A stretch of DNA of 64,000 nt, taken from positions 64,001 to 128,000 of the forward strand of contig CAVZRV010000008.1 in NCBI GenBank assembly GCA_963777605.1, read 5' to 3'. Source of the stretch: an uncultured Acidobacteriota bacterium. GTDB taxonomy: Bacteria; Acidobacteriota; UBA6911; RPQK01; JAPXNP01. Shown here piece after piece: positions 59,608-64,000 of the stretch (position 1 is its first letter; the number at the start of each line of letters is the position of its first letter). A program made the translations under genes and the position numbers. The notes under the pieces were generated by a model that worked only from the letters and a program-made list of their open reading frames with translations, searched no databases and was not told the DNA's origin.

Positions 59608-60981
59608 CTACACTTCTTCGGGCACCACGTAAGGTGGTCGGTAGCGTCGCTTCAGGAATCCGTTTGCTTCGTCGTCATTGACGAACCGCTCGTTGTGGTC
59701 GTCGAAAACAACCGTCCGTCCGAGCCGGTACGAAATGTTGCCGAGGTGGCACAGGGCCGTGGACATGAACCCTTCCTGGATGTCGGCATGGAGGTCCTGC
59801 CACCGGCGTGACCGGACGCAGTCGATGAAGTTCTGAAAGTGCCGCTGCACCGAATCTTCCCGGACCCAGGGTTCCGACTGGAAGGAGCGACCGGCCGCCT
59901 CCTTGGCGCCCTCGTAGTCCATCTGGGTCCAGTTGATGCTGAAGCCGGGCTTGCCTTCCCGCCCCAGAAACGTCTTGAACTCCGAGCCGTGGAGCATGCC
60001 CCAGCCCTCGGTGCCGAAAAAGAAGTTGCCTATTTTCATCCCTTCCTCGGCTCCCGTGTACCAACCTCTGACTTCGAAATGGAGGATGGTCCCGTCCGGG
60101 TACTGGAACGTCGTGTACTGGGTATTGGGGGTCTCCTGGTCGGTTGCGCCCGGTGTCTCGTGGAGCCCGCCAACTCCGTGAATAACCCGGGGATGCTCCC
60201 GCTTTCCCATGCCCCAGCGCATTACATCCATCTGATGAATCCCCTGGTTTCCCATGTCGGTGTCACCGAAATCCCACACCCAGTGCCAATTGTAATGTAG
60301 CCGGTTTTCGTTGTACGGACGCCATTCGGCCGGTCCCAGCCAGCGGTCGTAGTGCAGTCCGGCCGGCACCGGACCCTCCTTCCCCTTCCCGATCGGGTCG
60401 CGCGGCTTGTAGCAGAGCGCCTTTGCCGCGTAGAGCTCTCCGAGCCCACCATCGCGCATGAATTCGACCGCGCGCTGGGCCACCAGGTCACTTCGGCTCT
60501 GGGTTCCCGCGGCAACCACCCGGTCGTACTTGCGTGCCGCCTCGATGGCTTTTCGTCCCTCCTGGATGTTGTGACAGGTCGGCTTCTCACAGTAGACATC
60601 CTTGCCGGCCTGGCAACCCCAGATCGTCATCAGGGCGTGCCAGTGGTCGGGTGTAGCGATGGAGATGGCGTCTACTTCCTTGTCATCCAGGACTCTCCGG
60701 AGATCGGTTTCGGTCTTTGGGTTCCCTCCGTTCTGGGCCTTCATTCTGGAGAGGTGGTCGCCGAACAGGCGCTCGTCTGCGTCTACCACGTATGCTACAC
60801 GGACGTTCCGGATTTTCTGATAGGCCTTGTAGTGATCGGCACCCCGGCTTCGGATGCCGACGATGGCGACGTTGATCGTTTCGTTCGGGCTTTGCGCCCC
60901 GTAGCTGGTCCGGGCAACTGCGGCCGAAGCGACCGTGGCAGTCACGGCGGAACTTTTCTGGATGAATTGGCGACGGTTCAT
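59608..60981 (-). CDS. Tat-exported Gfo/Idh/MocA oxidoreductase
   Basis: MNRRQF motif, ATPDHWH, YCEKP, GTQSRS and NQGIHQMD; AAGGGAGG RBS. Confidence 0.92.
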   Translation of the reverse strand: MNRRQFIQKSSAVTATVASAAVARTSYGAQSPNETINVAIVGIRSRGADHYKAYQKIRNVRVAYVVDADERLFGDHLSRMKAQNGGNPKTETDLRRVLDDKEVDAISIATPDHWHALMTIWGCQAGKDVYCEKPTCHNIQEGRKAIEAARKYDRVVAAGTQSRSDLVAQRAVEFMRDGGLGELYAAKALCYKPRDPIGKGKEGPVPAGLHYDRWLGPAEWRPYNENRLHYNWHWVWDFGDTDMGNQGIHQMDVMRWGMGKREHPRVIHGVGGLHETPGATDQETPNTQYTTFQYPDGTILHFEVRGWYTGAEEGMKIGNFFFGTEGWGMLHGSEFKTFLGREGKPGFSINWTQMDYEGAKEAAGRSFQSEPWVREDSVQRHFQNFIDCVRSRRWQDLHADIQEGFMSTALCHLGNISYRLGRTVVFDDHNERFVNDDEANGFLKRRYRPPYVVPEEV

Positions 60982-61207
60982 GTGAAATCCTCCCTTGAAG
61001 GCCACGAGCCGGATGACTGCAGAAGCGGATCCGGAGGATCACCCGGAATCGGGTCCGGCCCGAGACTTTATCCCCCCATCAGAAGGTGTCAACCGGCTTG
61101 TCTGGGCAGCATCGGCCGCCTGCAAAGCGGCAATAATCTCCTGCAAATTTGTTTGGGAGCCCGCAATTGACAACCGGGGGGAGTGAATCAAAAATCGAAG
61201 GATGTGT

Positions 61208-61480
61208 TGCCGAAATCGCCATCGGAGCCAAATCTGACTCCCCTCTCCCTGCCCAACGCGGCGGCGGGCGCACGAAGCCCCCGGGCAAAGCCTCTGGCGG
61301 GGGCCAAACCCCAAACCCCACTTACTAATAACGAACGTGTTGGAAAAAGTGGGAAAAGACCGCATTAAGAAAGTTTAAAAGGCGCCGTTTGGAGGGAGGG
61401 CGAAGCGAAAGGACCGTCGGAGAGCAAGGATGCAGAGACAATCCAGGAAGAGACGGTGCTCCATCCAGGTTTGCGCAACA
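61208..61480 (+). repeat. Dispersed structured repeat, copy B (long form)
   Basis: Matches copy A over about 145 bp and copy C (inverted) over about 270 bp. Confidence 0.9.
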
Positions 61481-61547
61481 CACCCCGGGGATCAAGGTTC
61501 CGGAATCGAAATTCGAAATTCGTAAATCGTAACTGTTCCGAAGACCG

Positions 61548-61556
61548 TGCTAAAAT
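61548..61556 (+). promoter_or_regulatory. Extended -10 element upstream of tRNA-Ala
   Basis: TGCTAAAAT about 50 bp upstream of the tRNA. Confidence 0.45.
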
Positions 61557-61608
61557 GGCAGCTTCCCGGCCAATCCCTCGATCGGGACGGCCAGATTCCA
61601 TTCAGGGT

Positions 61609-61684
61609 GGGGGTATAGCTCAGATGGAAGAGCACCTGCTTTGCACGCAGGGGGTCGTCGGTTCGAGTCCGATTACCTCCACCA
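61609..61684 (+). tRNA. tRNA-Ala (TGC)
   Basis: GGGGGTA/TACCTCC acceptor stem with G3:U70, CCTGC-TTTGCAC-GCAGG anticodon arm, GTTCGAGTC T-arm, encoded CCA. Confidence 0.97.
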
Positions 61685-61779
61685 ATTCAAATTGCAAATT
61701 TCGAGGTTCGAAGTGCGAAATCTCGGAGGTGGCACTTCGGTTTCGGGCATTGTAATCAATCTTCGAATTCGAATGGCAG

Positions 61780-62048
61780 GTTGCACAAATTCGAATAGAG
61801 AGACACCTCTCCCCTGGATGGTCTCGGTATTCGTTCTCCGACGGTCCTTTTGCTTCGACTCCCTTCCAAACGGCGCCTTTTCCACCGTTTTTCGCCAATC
61901 TTTCGCACTTTTTCCTGCACGTTCGTTATTACTAGGTGGGGTTAGGGGTTTGGCCCCCGCCGGAGGCTTTGCCCGGGGGCTTCGTGCGCCCGCTGCGCGG
62001 ACTGGGCACGAAGAGACGAGTCGGATTTGGCTCGGATGCGATTCCGGA
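61780..62048 (-). repeat. Dispersed structured repeat, copy C (inverted relative to B)
   Basis: Reverse complement contains GGGCGCACGAAGCCCCCGGGCAAAGCC..AATAACGAACGTG..AAAAGGCGCCGTTTGGA..AAAGGACCGTCGGAGA as in copy B. Confidence 0.9.
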
Positions 62049-62207
62049 AACACACCCCGAATTTCGGCATTCGCCCTAAGACTTCTCTCCCGACCTCACC
62101 GAAAAAGGGTTGCGGAAGTCTTCGATTTTCATAAAGATGGGGGTGCTGGGGGCGGCGATCAGCCCCCCGATTGTGGAGATACGCTTCTAATAAGGCGAGG
62201 TGGTGCC

Positions 62208-63806
62208 ATGAGACGAGCTCTTGGAGCTTGTTTTGCGTTCCCTGTTCTTGAGCCTTCTTTCAGTCGGGTGTGAAAGCACTCAGACTGGCGACCAGAGTGA
62301 AATTCGGCGGCCGAACGTTCTTTTCATCATGTGCGATGATCTGAACGACTATTCCGGGACGTTCGGCGGGCATCCCCAGGTTCGAACGCCCAATATCGAC
62401 CGGCTGGCCGCCTCGGGTGTTACGTTTGTGAACAACCAGAGTAATTCACCGATCTGTTCTCCTTCCCGAAACAGCCTATTTACCGGCGTCTACACCCACG
62501 TTTCCAGGGATTTCGGATGGACGCCCTACCACAAGCAACCCGTTCTGATGCACAACAAGGTGCTGATGGAGATGTTTCGGGAGAACGGATATGTGGTCGC
62601 GGGAAGCGGAAAGCTCCTGCACATCAACCGGAAAGAGCTGTGGGACGATCCCGGAATCGACATCAACAATTACGGCCCCTTCGCCTATGACGGGAAGAAA
62701 ATGGTGGGCCACCCGTCGGTTCCGGAACCGTACCGAAGCATCGGTGAGGTCGACGGCTCGTTCGCCCCGCTGTCCGACGTTCCGGCTGTTCGCAGCAGCG
62801 AGGAAGGAGCCGGCGAACCGGGCTGGGTCTATTCCGACGAAGGGAAACACCTGAACTACGTCGATGAAAACAACCGGGACCTCACCCCGGACGAGATGCA
62901 CGCTCAATGGGCTGCGCACAAAGATCGCGGAGTGGGACCAGCAGGGACTGGACAAGCCCTTTTTCCTGGGAGTGGGCTTCGTTCGCCCCCACACGCCCCT
63001 CTACGCACCCAAGCGGTTCTTCGAGATGTTCCCCATCGACGAACTGGAACTCTCGCCGATCAAGGAGGGCGACACCGACGACACCTACTACACCGCCAAT
63101 TTTACTCCCGACCGGAAAGGGCCCCGTTACTACCGGACGTTGAAAGAGTCCTATCCCGACATCGAAACCGGCCTGAAGCATTTCCTGCAGGCCTACCTGG
63201 CCTGTATCGCCTTCGCCGACGAGCAGGTCGGAGTCGTTCTCGACGCACTGGAGCAGAGCCAGTTCCGAGACAACACGATCGTCGTCTTCACCAGCGACAA
63301 CGGCTGGAACATGGGGGAGAAGGAATACCTCTTCAAGAACTCGCCCTGGGAGGAAAGCACCCGGGTTCCGCTGATCATCAGAGACCCCGGCGAAGCAGCC
63401 CCCGGCTCGAAAGTTGAACATCCGGTCTCTCTGATCGACATCTTTCCGACTCTCGTGGACCTTTGTGACCTTCAGGGCAGCAACCGGAAGGACGATCAAG
63501 GCTCCCGGTTGAACGGGTTCAGCGTGCGCCCCTTCTTGAAAGACCCCGAATCCCAGGACTGGCAAGGCCCTGAAGGAGCCTTCTCCGTGCTCGGAGTGGG
63601 CATGGACAAGGAGGAACTCTCCCAGCAGACCTTCAGCTATCGAACCCGCGATTGGAGGTACGTGCTCTATCGGGGCGGCCAGGAGGAACTCTACGACCAG
63701 CGCAACGATCCGTTCGAGTGGGACAACCTCGCTGATGACCCGGCGCTCGCCGACGAGAAGCAGCAACTGCGGGACCCAGATGATGGCAATCGTGAATCTG
63801 GATTGA
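62208..63806 (+). CDS. Sulfatase (lipoprotein), with about three apparent +1 frameshifts
   Basis: RPNVLFIMCDDL, CSPSR (FGly motif) and GKLLH. After an extra A near 62920 the next frame gives PFFLGVGFVRPHTP, YLACIAFAD and FTSDNG. Further shifts near 62240 and 63775. Confidence 0.8.
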
Positions 63807-64000
63807 GCCACCTGCCCAACCAGTCCCCGGATTACTCACCGCCGGCCGCTGGTCGAAGTGAGACCGGGCTGAGTATCGACTTGCCACCCGGTCCCTGTGA
63901 ACGGATTTCATGGCATCCACAAGATCGGCAGGGTTGCCGATTCGATTGGCGTTCTCGCGTATTCCCGGCCGCTTCGGTATTCTGCTTCCCATGGCGGCAG

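Noticed and set aside
61079-62273. Similar short ORFs at 40343-40714 and 61039-62273 (..FVISKWGLGF..) as a peptide family
   Set aside because: The similarity comes from the DNA repeat; starts, stops and frames are not conserved between copies.
63830-64000. Gene fragment at the right edge
   Set aside because: No frame gives a recognisable protein, and the segment is too short to call.

Overview
GC-rich bacterial chromosomal window. The gene content (many Tat-exported Gfo/Idh/MocA proteins, a Ser/Thr kinase-TPR receptor, a PEP-CTERM gene, DUF4091/DUF6067 hydrolases) suggests an Acidobacteria-like organism; this is inference. It holds about 50 CDSs, tRNA-Phe(GAA) and tRNA-Ala(TGC), a CzcCBA-type efflux cluster and a sigma54 two-component module. 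No rRNA, CRISPR array, transposase or prophage was seen. Main observations: (1) a tightly coupled six-gene operon joining PspA/IM30 (ESCRT-III superfamily), a membrane-anchored SBP-OmpA fusion, an ABC permease and ATPase, a 2-TM coiled-coil protein and a classical-clade AAA+ ATPase; (2) a DedA-rhodanese gene with an in-frame UGA in a CxU motif followed by a SECIS-like hairpin, a probable selenoprotein truncated by the ORF track; (3) a TIR-kinase-TM-TPR receptor; (4) a signal-peptide-bearing rubrerythrin plus DUF2231 protein behind a consensus sigma54 promoter with two upstream palindromes; (5) a dispersed structured repeat in three copies, two flanking tRNA-Ala in inverted orientation; (6) a DUF2946/CzcI-like leader ORF before czcCBA; (7) a hidden, multiply frameshifted PEP-CTERM gene. 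Several single-base indels in short homopolymers look like long-read assembly errors. All family assignments come from motif recognition by eye, not database searches.
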